From NCBI GenBank assembly GCA_963707915.1, contig OY970178.1, positions 2,176,001 through 2,240,000 of the forward strand: a stretch of 64,000 nucleotides of DNA. The letters run 5' to 3'. The notes beneath the pieces are model-generated. The model saw only the letters and a program-made list of their open reading frames with translations, ran no database searches and had not been told where the DNA came from. Both the position numbers and the translations under genes were made by a program. Positions 1-9,878 of the stretch are shown in pieces (within the stretch, counting starts at the first letter, position 1; each line of letters starts with the position of its first letter). Source of the DNA: Candidatus Eiseniibacteriota bacterium. Lineage in GTDB: Bacteria; Eisenbacteria; RBG-16-71-46.

Positions 1-614
1 GCCTGCCCGGCGCGGCCGACGTGATCGGGCGCGGCATCCAGTTCGCGACCTCCGACCGCGTCGGCGTGGCCGCCGCCACCATGCTGTTCGGCGCGCCGGC
101 CGCGGTCTTCATGGCGGTGCTCATCATGGTCTCGACCTTCGGCTGCAACAACGGCCTCATCCTGGCCGGCGCGCGCGTCACCTACGCGATGGCGCGGGAC
201 GGGCTGTTCTTCGCGCGGGCCGGGCGGCTGAACCGCAAGGCCGTCCCGGGCGCGGCGCTGGTCGTCCAGGCCGCCTGGGCGAGCCTGCTCTGCCTCACCG
301 GCACCTACGGCAACCTGCTCGACTACGTCGTCTTCGCGGTGCTGATCTTCTACGGCCTCACGGTCGCCGGGCTGTTCATCCTGCGGCGCAGGCGCCCCGA
401 CGCCGAGCGGCCCTACCGCGCGTTCGGCTACCCGCTCGTGCCGGCCCTCTACATCCTCGCCGCCGCCGCGATCGCCGTGGACCTGCTCGTCCTCAAGCCC
501 GCCTACACCTGGCCCGGGCTCGGCATCGTCCTGCTCGGCGTGCCGGTGTACTTCGCCTGGACGGGGTGGACGAGGACGAGGCGCCCGGGCCCGGACAGGG
601 GCACGAAGGCATAA
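1..614 (+). CDS. APC-family amino acid permease, C-terminal part (5' truncated by window)
   Basis: Hydrophobic helices with GARVTYAMARDGLFF and RRRRPDAERPYRAFGYP motifs typical of APC transporters; stop TAA at 612-614. Confidence 0.9.
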   Translation, partial: LPGAADVIGRGIQFATSDRVGVAAATMLFGAPAAVFMAVLIMVSTFGCNNGLILAGARVTYAMARDGLFFARAGRLNRKAVPGAALVVQAAWASLLCLTGTYGNLLDYVVFAVLIFYGLTVAGLFILRRRRPDAERPYRAFGYPLVPALYILAAAAIAVDLLVLKPAYTWPGLGIVLLGVPVYFAWTGWTRTRRPGPDRGTKA

Positions 615-675
615 ACGAAGGGCCGGCGCGCGATCGCAGGTGTCGAACCGGTGATACGCGGCAGAGGAAGGCGAC

Positions 676-1572
676 CTACTCCTCCGCGGGGCGCCGCCCA
701 CACGGCGACGACCACGGCCGCGATCGCCGCGGCAGCGCACCCGGCCGCACGCCCGCCAGCGTGTCGCGAATGGCCGCGAGCATCAGGGGGTCCACGACCC
801 GCTCGGCCTCGGCCATGGTCTCGGCCCACTCGCGCGACCGGTGGCAGTAGGCCGCGATCACCGCGTTCTCGAACAGCGCCGCAACGCGGCCGAAGTCGTT
901 CGTCCGCCCGGCCGGTGCGCTGCGCCACAGTCGCTCGTTGCCCTGGTAGAGGGGCTGCGACCGCTCCCAAGTATGGGCCAGGTCTGCAACCAACGCCCCC
1001 GCAGAATCGCGCAGGACCAGCTCCACTTTGGGGGCGCCGGCGTGGCCGGTGAAGGCCGATTCCCAGTCGGCGGCGAGGTCGAGGAACTCGCCGTTGCGGT
1101 AGCACGTGTCGGGTGCGTACGACTCGAAATCCCGCTCACCCAGCCACCCGAGCGGAATGAGGCGTCCGGCCCGCAGTCCAATCACCTCGGTGCCGTCGCC
1201 CTTCCAGTGGTTGCCGCCCGGCCCCGAGGTGGCGATGAACAGGTACTCGCCGCGCTGGAGCACGGTACCCTCGAGGCCCTGGCGCGCCTCGGTGCGGTCG
1301 TCGGCCATCGTGTAGGAGAGCATCGAGAGGCACTCGCCACCGCGCGTGATCCGCCAGTCCACCTCCCAGCCGAAGGGCGCACCGTCCGTGCGTGGCCGCA
1401 CGCGCGCGCGCACCTCGACGGGCGCGCGCTGCAGGACGATCCAGGTCGGGCCTAGCGGCACGCCAGGTTTGGTGCCAGCGGCAGAGGCACACACGACCAT
1501 GGTGGCGACCATGATGGCGCTACACATCATGACTTGCGGGGCGTTCGCCTTCATCCCGGCCTCCTTGGGCAT
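676..1572 (-). CDS. Hypothetical protein, probably secreted (start uncertain)
   Basis: 298-aa ORF with protein-like composition and an N-terminal hydrophobic stretch (SAIMVATMVVCASAA); no family recognised. Confidence 0.55.
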   Translation of the reverse strand: MPKEAGMKANAPQVMMCSAIMVATMVVCASAAGTKPGVPLGPTWIVLQRAPVEVRARVRPRTDGAPFGWEVDWRITRGGECLSMLSYTMADDRTEARQGLEGTVLQRGEYLFIATSGPGGNHWKGDGTEVIGLRAGRLIPLGWLGERDFESYAPDTCYRNGEFLDLAADWESAFTGHAGAPKVELVLRDSAGALVADLAHTWERSQPLYQGNERLWRSAPAGRTNDFGRVAALFENAVIAAYCHRSREWAETMAEAERVVDPLMLAAIRDTLAGVRPGALPRRSRPWSSPCGRRPAEE

Positions 1573-1610
1573 TACGCAACGGACCAGCGCCGTACACCGG
1601 TCGGGTGCGC

Positions 1611-1973
1611 TCAGGCGCGGTGAGGTTTCGTGCTCGCCTTCGGGCTGATCTCTCTCGCGCGGGTCCGCCGCCGCGGCGCGGACCGCTCGCGCACCGTCGC
1701 GGGTGCGGCCCGGCTGACGAGCGGGTAGCGCTCCGGGTGCTCGATGGACTCCACCGCGAGATCGACGTCAAGCTCCGGCCACCAGAGGTGGTGCTTCTGC
1801 GGACGCTGGACGTTCAGCAGGGCATCGATCGGCGCCTTCCGGAACCACGGGAACTGCTCGAACGGGAGGAAGAGCTCCCGCTCATCGAGCAGCAGCCACA
1901 GACCGTTGGGAGAAATGTTGCTCACCTCAACGGCCGAAGTGCGCTTTCCATGCCTGGCGGATCTCATCTTCAT
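1611..1973 (-). CDS. DUF2442 domain protein (putative antitoxin)
   Basis: VEVSNISPNGLWLLLDERELFLPFEQFPWF...LWWPELDVDLAVESIEHPERYPL matches DUF2442; directly downstream of a DUF4160 gene. Confidence 0.85.
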   Translation of the reverse strand: MKMRSARHGKRTSAVEVSNISPNGLWLLLDERELFLPFEQFPWFRKAPIDALLNVQRPQKHHLWWPELDVDLAVESIEHPERYPLVSRAAPATVRERSAPRRRTRAREISPKASTKPHRA

Positions 1974-2166
1974 GCTCCCGGATGAGGCGAAGCGCGATCG
2001 ATACCTGGCGGGCGCTGAGTCCGTAGTTCTCGAAGATCACGATCTCCGGGGTGAGCCAGAACTTGGCTTCGCCCCGGGTCCCCTGCACGTGGACATGCAG
2101 GCGGGGTTCCTCGCGCGAGAAGAAATAGAACCGCAGGCCGCCCGCCCGAAAGATCGTCGGACTCAT
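1927..2166 (-). CDS. DUF4160 domain protein (putative toxin)
   Basis: MSPTIFRAGGLRFYFFSREEPRLHVHV...EAKFWL...IRQAWKAHFG is a typical DUF4160 sequence. Confidence 0.88.
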   Translation of the reverse strand: MSPTIFRAGGLRFYFFSREEPRLHVHVQGTRGEAKFWLTPEIVIFENYGLSARQVSIALRLIREHEDEIRQAWKAHFGR

Positions 2167-2250
2167 GACCGGATGCTACCACCGACCCGTGGATCACGGC
2201 ACGTCCGGTCCCGATCGGCTGCGCACCGTCGCGACGGGCGCTGTAACGGA

Positions 2251-2283
2251 GCGACCCCGGCGCCGCGAAGGCCCCGGGGTCGC
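2251..2283 (-). terminator. GC-rich hairpin after pfkA (possible terminator)
   Basis: GCGACCCCGG...CCGGGGTCGC 10-bp inverted repeat just after the pfkA stop; no U-tract. Confidence 0.35.
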
Positions 2284-2298
2284 GGTCGAGGACGGCGC

Positions 2299-3408
2299 TC
2301 AGTCGCCGAAGCTGATGCCGAGGTCGCGCGCGGTGTCGACGGTGTCGCTGTCGAGCGGCACCGTCTTCATGCGCTTGACCGCTTCCTTGAGCGGCTCGTA
2401 GCGCACGGTCGGCGGGTTCAGCGAGACCATCACCGCCGACTGGCCCTCGTCGAGCGCGCGCACCGCGGCCGCGCCGAAGCGCAGGGCCACCAGCCGGTCG
2501 AAACTGGTGGGCGAGCCGCCGCGCAGCAGGTGCCCGAGCACCACGGTGCGCGCCTCCTTGCCGGTCAGCGCCTCGAGCTGGTGGGCGACCTTGTCGCCGA
2601 CGCCCCCGAGCTTCTCGGCCTGCCCGACCGCCTTGCCGGTCACCGAGACCCCGCCGCCCATGGCCTTCGCGCCCTCGGCCACCACCACGACCGTGTAGGT
2701 GCGGCCCTTGCGCTCGCGCTCCCGGATGACCTCCGCCACCTTCTCGATGTCGTAGGGGATCTCGGGGATGAGGATGATGTCGGCGTTCCCGGCGATCCCG
2801 GTGTGCAGCGCGATCCAGCCGGCGTAACGGCCCATCACCTCGACCACCATGATGCGGCGGTGCGAGGTGGCCGTGGTGTGCAGGCGGTCCATGCACTCGG
2901 TGGCGAACGACACGGCGGTGTCGAAACCGAACGTCATGAAGGTGCGGTCGAGGTCGTTGTCGATGGTCTTCGGCACGCCGACCACGCGCAGCCCCTTCTG
3001 CGCCAGCGCATAGCCGATCGACAGCGAGCCGTCGCCGCCGACCGTGATGAGCGCGTCCAGTCCGGCCGCGTTGAAGCGCTCGACCAGCTCGTCGGTGCGG
3101 TCGACTTCGATGAACGAGCCGTCGGGCTGCCGCACCGGGTACGCCGTCGGACTGCCGCGGTTCGTCGTGCCGAGGATCGTGCCACCGAGGTGCGTGATGC
3201 CGGCGACCGATGCGGGCGTCAGGAGGAAGAGACCGCCCGCCGGGTAGTTCTCGGGCGAGAGCAGGCCGTTGTAGCCCTCGCGGATGCCGTAGCACTCCCA
3301 GCCCTTGTGAACCGAGGCGAGCACGACGGCCCGGATCACCGCATTGAGGCCCGGAGCATCACCGCCCCCAGTGCTGATGGCGATCTTCCTGATCTTCTGG
3401 ATGGGCAA
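2299..3408 (-). CDS. pfkA: 6-phosphofructokinase (PfkA family, probably ATP-dependent)
   Basis: TGGGDAPGLN, GGTILGT, GGDGS, PKTIDND and EVMGR motifs. Start set at TTG 3408 behind a GGAG RBS; ATG 3435 is the alternative. Confidence 0.93.
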   Translation of the reverse strand: MPIQKIRKIAISTGGGDAPGLNAVIRAVVLASVHKGWECYGIREGYNGLLSPENYPAGGLFLLTPASVAGITHLGGTILGTTNRGSPTAYPVRQPDGSFIEVDRTDELVERFNAAGLDALITVGGDGSLSIGYALAQKGLRVVGVPKTIDNDLDRTFMTFGFDTAVSFATECMDRLHTTATSHRRIMVVEVMGRYAGWIALHTGIAGNADIILIPEIPYDIEKVAEVIRERERKGRTYTVVVVAEGAKAMGGGVSVTGKAVGQAEKLGGVGDKVAHQLEALTGKEARTVVLGHLLRGGSPTSFDRLVALRFGAAAVRALDEGQSAVMVSLNPPTVRYEPLKEAVKRMKTVPLDSDTVDTARDLGISFGD

Positions 3409-3611
3409 AGGGCACTCCGCCGTCCGTGGAGGCATACCAGGGGCGATGAATACTCCGTGCCCTCATTGTCGGCACGGCCGGGCCGGACTGAAGGGGTGCC
3501 CGGGGGCGAGCGCAGGCCCGGGGTGATGCGAGGCGGGGAAGTGGCGGGGGGCGGGGAGCGGCGGGCCCCGTGCCGGGCATCGTTCCCGGGCACCCCGGCC
3601 GTCGGGCGCAC

Positions 3612-3956
3612 CTACCCCGGCGGCCACCTCAGCGAGCGCCCGCCGAGCAGGTGGACGTGGAGGTGGTAGACGGACTGGCCCGCCTCCGGCCCCACGTTGG
3701 TGACCAGCCGCCAGCCCAGCTCGAGCCGCTCGTCGCGCGCGATCTTCGCGGCCAGCCCGAACAGCTCCGTCAGCATGACGGCGTGCTGCGGGCCCAGGTC
3801 GGCCGCGGAGTCGGCGACGTGCTCCCTGGGGACCAGCAGGACGTGGGTCGGCGCCTGCGGGTTGTTGTCGCGGAAGGCGTAGACGTGCGTGGTCTCGCCC
3901 ACCTTCTTCGCGGGGATCTTCCCGGCGACGATCTGGCAGAAGATGCAGTCGGACAA
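3612..3956 (-). CDS. Histidine triad (HIT) nucleotide-binding protein
   Basis: DCIFCQI...PQAPTHVLLVP...GQSVYHLHVHLLGGR; TTG start with AAGGAGG RBS. Confidence 0.93.
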   Translation of the reverse strand: MSDCIFCQIVAGKIPAKKVGETTHVYAFRDNNPQAPTHVLLVPREHVADSAADLGPQHAVMLTELFGLAAKIARDERLELGWRLVTNVGPEAGQSVYHLHVHLLGGRSLRWPPG

Positions 3957-4125
3957 GCGGGCCTCCTTCGGGTCGGATCGGAGTCTGCCCCGACCCTATC
4001 ACTTCGCCCCGCCGCCGGTGAAGGCGCGGCACGGGTCACGCACCCGGATGGACTTCGTGTAGCATGGCGGGACGGGACCGGCCCGCGGCCGCCCCGCGCC
4101 CGCCGCACAGGAGGACCTCGTCGCG

Positions 4126-5085
4126 ATGAAGCGGATCCTGGCCGTGCTGCTCGTGCTGCTCGCCGGCGCGGCCATGGTGCTGCTGCGCCCCGCCGCGCAG
4201 CGCTTCCCCTCGCACCCCCGCCCGGCCACCAGCTACGCGGACGCGCTGCGGCGCGTCTCGGCGGTCGGGGCCCGCGACGACGCCACGATCGCGCCCGAGT
4301 GCCGCACCCTGCTCCTCACCCACGGCGCCCGCACGGCGCGTGCGGTGGTGCTGCTGCACGGCCTGACGAACTGCCCGGAGCAGTTCCGGGTGCTGGGCGA
4401 GCGGCTCTACGGGCGCGGCGCCAACGTCTACATCCCGCGCCTGCCGGAGCACGGCCTGGCGGACCGCATGACCGGGGCGCTGGCGCGGCTCGACGCGCGG
4501 GCGATGTGCGCCGCCACCGACGAGGCGGTGGACATCGGCCGCGGCCTGGGCGACAGCGTCATCGTGGTGGGGCTCTCGATCGGCGGCGTGATGGCCGAGT
4601 GGGCCGCGCAGGAGCGCGCCGACGTGGTCCGCGCGGTGCCCATCGCCCCGCTGCACGGCCTCGCCCGGGCGCCCGGGGCGCTCGCCGGGCCGGCGATGAA
4701 CCTGCTGCTGACGCTGCCCAACCAGTTCGTGTGGTGGGACGACAAGCGGAAGGCCGACCTGCCCGGGCCGAAGCACGTCTACCCGCGCTTCTCGACCCGG
4801 GCCGCCGGCGAGACCGTGCTGCTGGGCGCCGCGGTCGAGGCCGAGGCGCGCCGCGCCCCGCCCGCCGCGCGCTCGATCGTGGTGATCACGGTGGGCGGCG
4901 ACGTCGCGGTGGACAACCCCGCGGTCGCCCGGCTGACCCAGGTCTGGCGCGCGCACGGCGCGCACGTCATCGCCCGCGAGTTCCCCGCGCGCCTGCGCCT
5001 CAACCACGACATCATCGATCCCGTGCAGGTCGGCGGGAACCCGGCGCTCGTCTACCCGGTGCTCCTGGACCTGATCGCGCCCTGA
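4126..5085 (+). CDS. Alpha/beta-fold hydrolase (esterase-like), N-terminal signal/anchor
   Basis: LLHGL oxyanion motif, GLSIGG nucleophile elbow, C-terminal His (LNHD); GGAGGA RBS. Confidence 0.85.
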   Translation: MKRILAVLLVLLAGAAMVLLRPAAQRFPSHPRPATSYADALRRVSAVGARDDATIAPECRTLLLTHGARTARAVVLLHGLTNCPEQFRVLGERLYGRGANVYIPRLPEHGLADRMTGALARLDARAMCAATDEAVDIGRGLGDSVIVVGLSIGGVMAEWAAQERADVVRAVPIAPLHGLARAPGALAGPAMNLLLTLPNQFVWWDDKRKADLPGPKHVYPRFSTRAAGETVLLGAAVEAEARRAPPAARSIVVITVGGDVAVDNPAVARLTQVWRAHGAHVIAREFPARLRLNHDIIDPVQVGGNPALVYPVLLDLIAP

Positions 5086-5131
5086 GGCCGGCGTGGTGGA
5101 CACGCGAACCGTCGGGCGCGCTCCGCGAGGG

Positions 5132-5935
5132 TCAGGCCTGCGCCACCCGTTCCAGCACGGCACGGATCCCGCGCAGCGTGTCGGCGCCCGAGCGGTGGCC
5201 GACGGCGAGCAGCGCGGCGACCGCCCGTCCCAGCACCTTCGCTCCCGGTTTCGGCAACGCCAGCGTCTCCAGCAGCCCCAGCACCGGCTCGGCGTAGAAA
5301 CCCGCCGCTGCGGCGTCGAGCATCTGCGCGGCGAGGCGCGTGGTCCGGGACGTGCCGCGCTCGAGTTCCGCGCTCAGCCGCCGGCGCAGGGTCGCCGCGG
5401 CGCCGGACGCCTCGCTCGCTGCGTCGAGCCCGGCCAGCACGCCCACGATCACGTCGTCGCCCGAGGGCGTGAGCCCCTCGCCCAGCCCGACGAGCGCCGC
5501 GAGCCCGCGGATCTCGCCGCCCGCCCGGAAGCGCGCCAGCGCGGCCTCGATCACCGGTTCGAACGGCCCGGCCGGCGGCGCCGCGCCCGCGTGCCGCGCG
5601 AGAGCGGCCGCCGATGCCGGCAGCGCGCGCAGCCGGCGCCGCAGCCGCAGCTCCACGACCTCGAGCCCGGCGAGTTCGATCTTCAGGGCCCCCACCTGGA
5701 TGACGCCCTGCGAGACGCGCAGCGGCGCGCCCTCGCAGATGCCCGCGAGCTCCGGCACGGCGAGCGGCACGGCGACCGCCCAGGGGTGCAGCGGCGTCTC
5801 CGCGGGCAGGAGTGCGACCAGCGGCCCGTCGTCCAGCAGCAGGTTCACGGCCCGCGCGTGGACCGAGACGACGGAGCCGCGCCGGTCGCCCATCAGCGCC
5901 TCGGCGGCGAAGGGTCCGGCGCGGCGTGCGCTCAT
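5132..5935 (-). CDS. DUF2877 protein (YahE/AllH family)
   Basis: GLGEGLTPSGDDVIVG and GHRSGAD motifs; context with FdrA and DUF1116. Confidence 0.85.
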   Translation of the reverse strand: MSARRAGPFAAEALMGDRRGSVVSVHARAVNLLLDDGPLVALLPAETPLHPWAVAVPLAVPELAGICEGAPLRVSQGVIQVGALKIELAGLEVVELRLRRRLRALPASAAALARHAGAAPPAGPFEPVIEAALARFRAGGEIRGLAALVGLGEGLTPSGDDVIVGVLAGLDAASEASGAAATLRRRLSAELERGTSRTTRLAAQMLDAAAAGFYAEPVLGLLETLALPKPGAKVLGRAVAALLAVGHRSGADTLRGIRAVLERVAQA

Positions 5936-5948
5936 CGGCTGCGACTCG

Positions 5949-6854
5949 CTAGCGCTTCAGCCTGCGCTTCGCCGTCGTCCGCCGGGCCGCGGGATTGCGG
6001 CCGTGCAGTTGCGGCGCGAGCGCCCCGGCGATGTCGCCGTACTTCGTCAGCTTGCACTTCGCCTTGATCTTCATGAGCTTCGCGTAGCGGGCGTCGTCCA
6101 CGAACGCCACGATGCGGGCGATCGAGGACTCGCCGTCCACGAAGCGCCAGGGGAAGCAGCCGATCTGCACGCGCTGGTTGAGCAGCAGGTCGATGTCGCC
6201 GCCCAGGCACTCGGCGTGGATGATGCCGTGGTTGAACATCTCCAGGTGCATCAGCTGGTACTTGCCGTCGTCGAAGAACTCGGCCAGCGGCTTGCCGTAC
6301 TTCGCGCGGAAGTGCGCGTCCGCCTGGCGCGCCTGGCGCGGCATCCAGTCGCGGATGATGGTGTTCATCGGGTGGTCGGCGCTGCCGCAGTCCACGCCGA
6401 TCCAGCGCAGCTTCTTGCGCTTGGCCCACTGGGCGAACTCCCGGTCGGGACCGGGGTGCTTGACCATGTAGGCGATCTCGTCGGCCGTGGGCTGGTCCCA
6501 GCCGTGGTGGTGGAAGCCGGTGTGGATGATGAGGATGTCGCCGGTCCGCACCTCGACCCGCTCCTCGACCATCTTCGAGGTGTAGACGTCGTAGGCGCCG
6601 CACACGTCCGAGAGATCGACCACCGCCGCGTCGTGCACCAGGAAGTCCATGTCGAGCGAGGCGATGTCCTTGCCCGGCGTGTAGAAGTGGATCTCGCCGT
6701 CGAGGTGCGTGCCGAGGTGGTTCGAGTGCGTGAGCAACTGGCCGTTGGCGCCGTTGGGCGCGAGCCGCTTGAAGTACTTGATCTGCAGCGGCTCGTAGGT
6801 CGGCCACGCCGGGGTGGCGATGCCGAGGGGGATGGTCAGGTCGATGAGCTTCAT
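5949..6854 (-). CDS. Cyclase-family metal-dependent hydrolase (kynurenine formamidase/isatin hydrolase-like)
   Basis: LIDLTIPL, NHLGTHLDG metal motif, GDILIIHTG, IGVDCGSADH, HAECLGG; ATG 6854 with GGAGGAG RBS. Confidence 0.9.
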   Translation of the reverse strand: MKLIDLTIPLGIATPAWPTYEPLQIKYFKRLAPNGANGQLLTHSNHLGTHLDGEIHFYTPGKDIASLDMDFLVHDAAVVDLSDVCGAYDVYTSKMVEERVEVRTGDILIIHTGFHHHGWDQPTADEIAYMVKHPGPDREFAQWAKRKKLRWIGVDCGSADHPMNTIIRDWMPRQARQADAHFRAKYGKPLAEFFDDGKYQLMHLEMFNHGIIHAECLGGDIDLLLNQRVQIGCFPWRFVDGESSIARIVAFVDDARYAKLMKIKAKCKLTKYGDIAGALAPQLHGRNPAARRTTAKRRLKR

Positions 6855-6880
6855 GTTCTCCTCCGGGACGTGACGGCGCG

Positions 6881-8334
6881 TCAGGCCTGCGGGGCCGGTG
6901 CGCCGAGCGACTCTGCGAACGCGAGCAGCGCCTGGCGGAAGCACGCGATCGGCGGCTTCACCAGGCCGGCACCGACCATGCCGATGCCGGGCTGCTTGTG
7001 CGCGATGCCGGTGTTGACGACCGGCACGACGCCGCTCTCGACCACCTTGAGCAGGTCGATGCCGGACGCCGTGCCGCGGAAATCGAGCGCCGGGATCTTG
7101 TAGACCGGGTGCTCGGCGAGCGTGATGTCGTACATGCGACGGGTGTAGCCGAGCGCCTGCGCGGCGCTGCCGCCCACGAACTGGACGATGGCGGGCGCGG
7201 CGGCCATGGCCATGCCCCCGAGCCCGGCGGTCTCGGTGATGACCGAGTCGCCGATGTCGGGCGCGGCGTCGGCGGCGCCGAAGCCAGGCAGGTAGAGCCC
7301 GTCCACCATGGGCGCGGGAGCGGTGAACCAGCGGCCCGGCAGGGCCGACACCTGGATGCCGAAGTCGGTGCCGTTGCGCGCCATGACGCTGATCATCGAG
7401 TCGAGCGCGGGATGCCGGCCGCCGGGTCGAGCGAGCACTTGCTCGCCGCCATCGAGAGGTTGAGGAAGAAGTGATCGTTGCCGTCGAGGAAGCGCAGGAC
7501 CGCGGCGATGTCGTCCGTGGCCGCCCGGATGCCGACCAGGTGCGGCGCCAGCGTGCGGATGAGCAGCGAGGTGGCCGCGCGGTTGCGGTTGTGCACCTCG
7601 TCGCCCATCTGCAGCGCCTGGGCGATCACGTTGCGCAGGTCGAGCGGCCCGTGCGCGGCCAGCGCCTCGCGCAGCGCCGGGGCCAGCACCTGCTCCATCC
7701 AGCGCAGGCGGGTGAGCACCTCGTCGTCGTAGGCGCCGTAGCGCAGCACCTTGCCCAGCCCCTCGTTCAGCGTGGAGTAGGCGCGGTTGCCGAACGCCGT
7801 GTTCTCGAGGATCCAGACCGGCATCGAGGCGGTGACCACGCCGGCCATCGGCCCGACGGCGGCGTGGTGGTGGCAGGGCGCGAACGCGACCTTTCCCGAG
7901 GCGGCGAGCCGCGCGGCCTCCTCGGGCGTCCGCGCCAGGCCCTCGTAGACCAGCCCGCCCATCACCGCGCCGCGGGTCGGCCCGCTCATGCGCTCCCACT
8001 CGACCGGCGGACCGGCGTGGAGCACCAGGTCCTTGCGCATGCCGGGGACGACGTCGAGCGCGGTGCCGATGCCGACGATGGTCGGCCGCGCCGCCAGCAG
8101 CCGCTCGACCGACTGGCGGGTCGCCGCGGCGATGTCGGCGCGCACCGCGCCGTCCGCGCCCAGGCAGGCGTCGAGCGCCGCGAGCAGGGCGGGGTCGCCG
8201 CCCGCGGGCGGGCGCCAGTCCACGTCCACCGCGCTGCCTCCGGCGCTGCGCAGGTCGGCCGCGAACGAGGCCAGGCCGACGTTCACCACCGACAACTCCG
8301 CGCCGAAGAGCGCGAGCACCTTCTCGACGTTCAT
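6881..8334 (-). CDS. DUF1116 protein (YahG/YlbE-AllG family); one frameshift near 7400
   Basis: LHAGPP, PCHHHAAVGPMAG, LNEGLGKVLRYGA, MGDEVHNRN in one frame; MARNGTDFG, DIGDSVITET, NTGIAHK in the next. Confidence 0.88.
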
Positions 8335-9868
8335 CGCGCCGCCCTCCCCAGCACCGCCGCGGCGAACCGCGCGGCGCGCCGGTTGTCGGTCTCGACGGTG
8401 ACCCCGGCATCCGCGAGCCGGCGCACCTGCGCGTCGTAGTCCTGCGGGTCCCCGTCGCGTGCCCGTGACCGAGGCGATGGCCACCAGTTCGCGGCCGGGC
8501 GCGCGGCGCCGCGCCTGTTCCACGCCGGCCGCCAGCACGCCCGCCGGGTCCGGGTGCGAGCCGTAGCCGATCACGCAGTCGAAGAGCAGCACGCCGGCCG
8601 CCGCGTCGGCCATCTCGACCGCGAGCCGCTCGTTGCGCAGCCCGGGCTCGATCATCGGGTGCGGCCGCCCGCGCGTGAACACGTCGTCGCCGAGGTCGAG
8701 CAGGACGTGGCCGGCGACGGGCGCCACGCCGTCCACCCGCAGCGCGCCCCTCTTGTGCAGGTTCGAGCGCACCTCGAGCCCGGCGCGGGTCGAGCAGCGC
8801 GAGCGCCTCCTGGCCGGTGGTGCCCCCGCAGAAGAGCGCCTTGAGCGCCGCGCCCGGCCGCAGCAGGGCGGCCGCCGCCGCGACGCAGGACTCGTCCGCG
8901 ATCGCCGGCGGCGGTGCGGAGGCCAGGCCGCTGCGCCGGCACGCCAGCTCCGCCGCGTCGGCCAGCGAGTCGGCGAAGACGATCCCTCGGGCCGCATCCT
9001 CCGCGCGCGGAACGTCTCCGACGAAGTGGACCACGCACGGCTTGCGCGTGGCCGCCAGCGCGTCGACCACCCGCTGCGCCACCTCCGCCGCCGGCGGCTT
9101 CGAGACGACGACGATCACCTTCGTCTCCGGGTCGGCCGCGAGCGCCTCGATGCCGAGCAGCATCATCAGCCCGCCGACCTCGGCCGAGAGATCGCGCCCG
9201 CCCGTGCCGATGGCCTGCGAGACTCCGCCGCCCAGGCGGTGGATGACGCTCGAGACCTCCTGGATGCCCGTGCCCGCCGCGCCCACGATGCCGATCGGCC
9301 CGCGCCGCACGGCGTTGGCGAAGGCCAGCGGCCGGCCGCCCAGGATGGCGGTGCCGCAGTCGGGGCCCATCAGCAGCAACCCGCGCCCGGCCGCCTCCTG
9401 CTTGAGCGCGACCTCGTCGGCGAGCGACACGTTGTCCGAGAAGAGCATCACGTGCCGGCCCAGCGCGAGCGCGCGCCGCGCCTCGCGGGCGGCGTGCTCG
9501 CCGGGCACGGAGATGAGCACCAGGTTCGCCGCAGGGTGGGACGCGACCGCCGCCGCGAGCGACGACGGCCGGGCCTCCTCGCCCGCGCCGGCGTGCGACT
9601 GCGCCTTCAGCAGCCGCTCCAGCTCCGCCTCGACCGCCGCCGGCGAGTCCGCCGCGCCCTTCACCGCGATGAGCAGGTCGTTGGGCGTGGCGCTCGCCAG
9701 CTCGGCGCCGCCGTAGCCCTGCGCGCCGAGCAGGTCGCGGTTCTGCGGCGTGCCCATGGCGACCACCGCGTCCTCGACGCCCGCGAGGCCGCGCAGCGCC
9801 TGCGAGACGCGCATCAGCAGGACCGAGTCGTGATACGAGTCCCTGCGGACCAGGACGAAGGCGGCCAC
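8331..9868 (-). CDS. fdrA: Acyl-CoA-synthetase-like FdrA/YahF (AllF family); frameshifts near 8790 and 8455
   Basis: YHDSVLLM, LISVPG, FSDNV, MGPDCGTA, GTGIQE, GTGGRDL, LFCGGT, DLGDDVFTRGRPHPMIEP, GYGSHPDP; ATGA overlap with the DUF1116 gene. Confidence 0.88.
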
Positions 9869-9878
9869 GTCGCCCCCG

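Noticed and set aside
6881..9868. 995-aa FdrA-DUF1116 fusion in the ORF track
   Set aside because: Artefact of frameshifts: the middle of the ORF is off-frame, and a TGA/ATG overlap at 8331-8334 separates the two genes.
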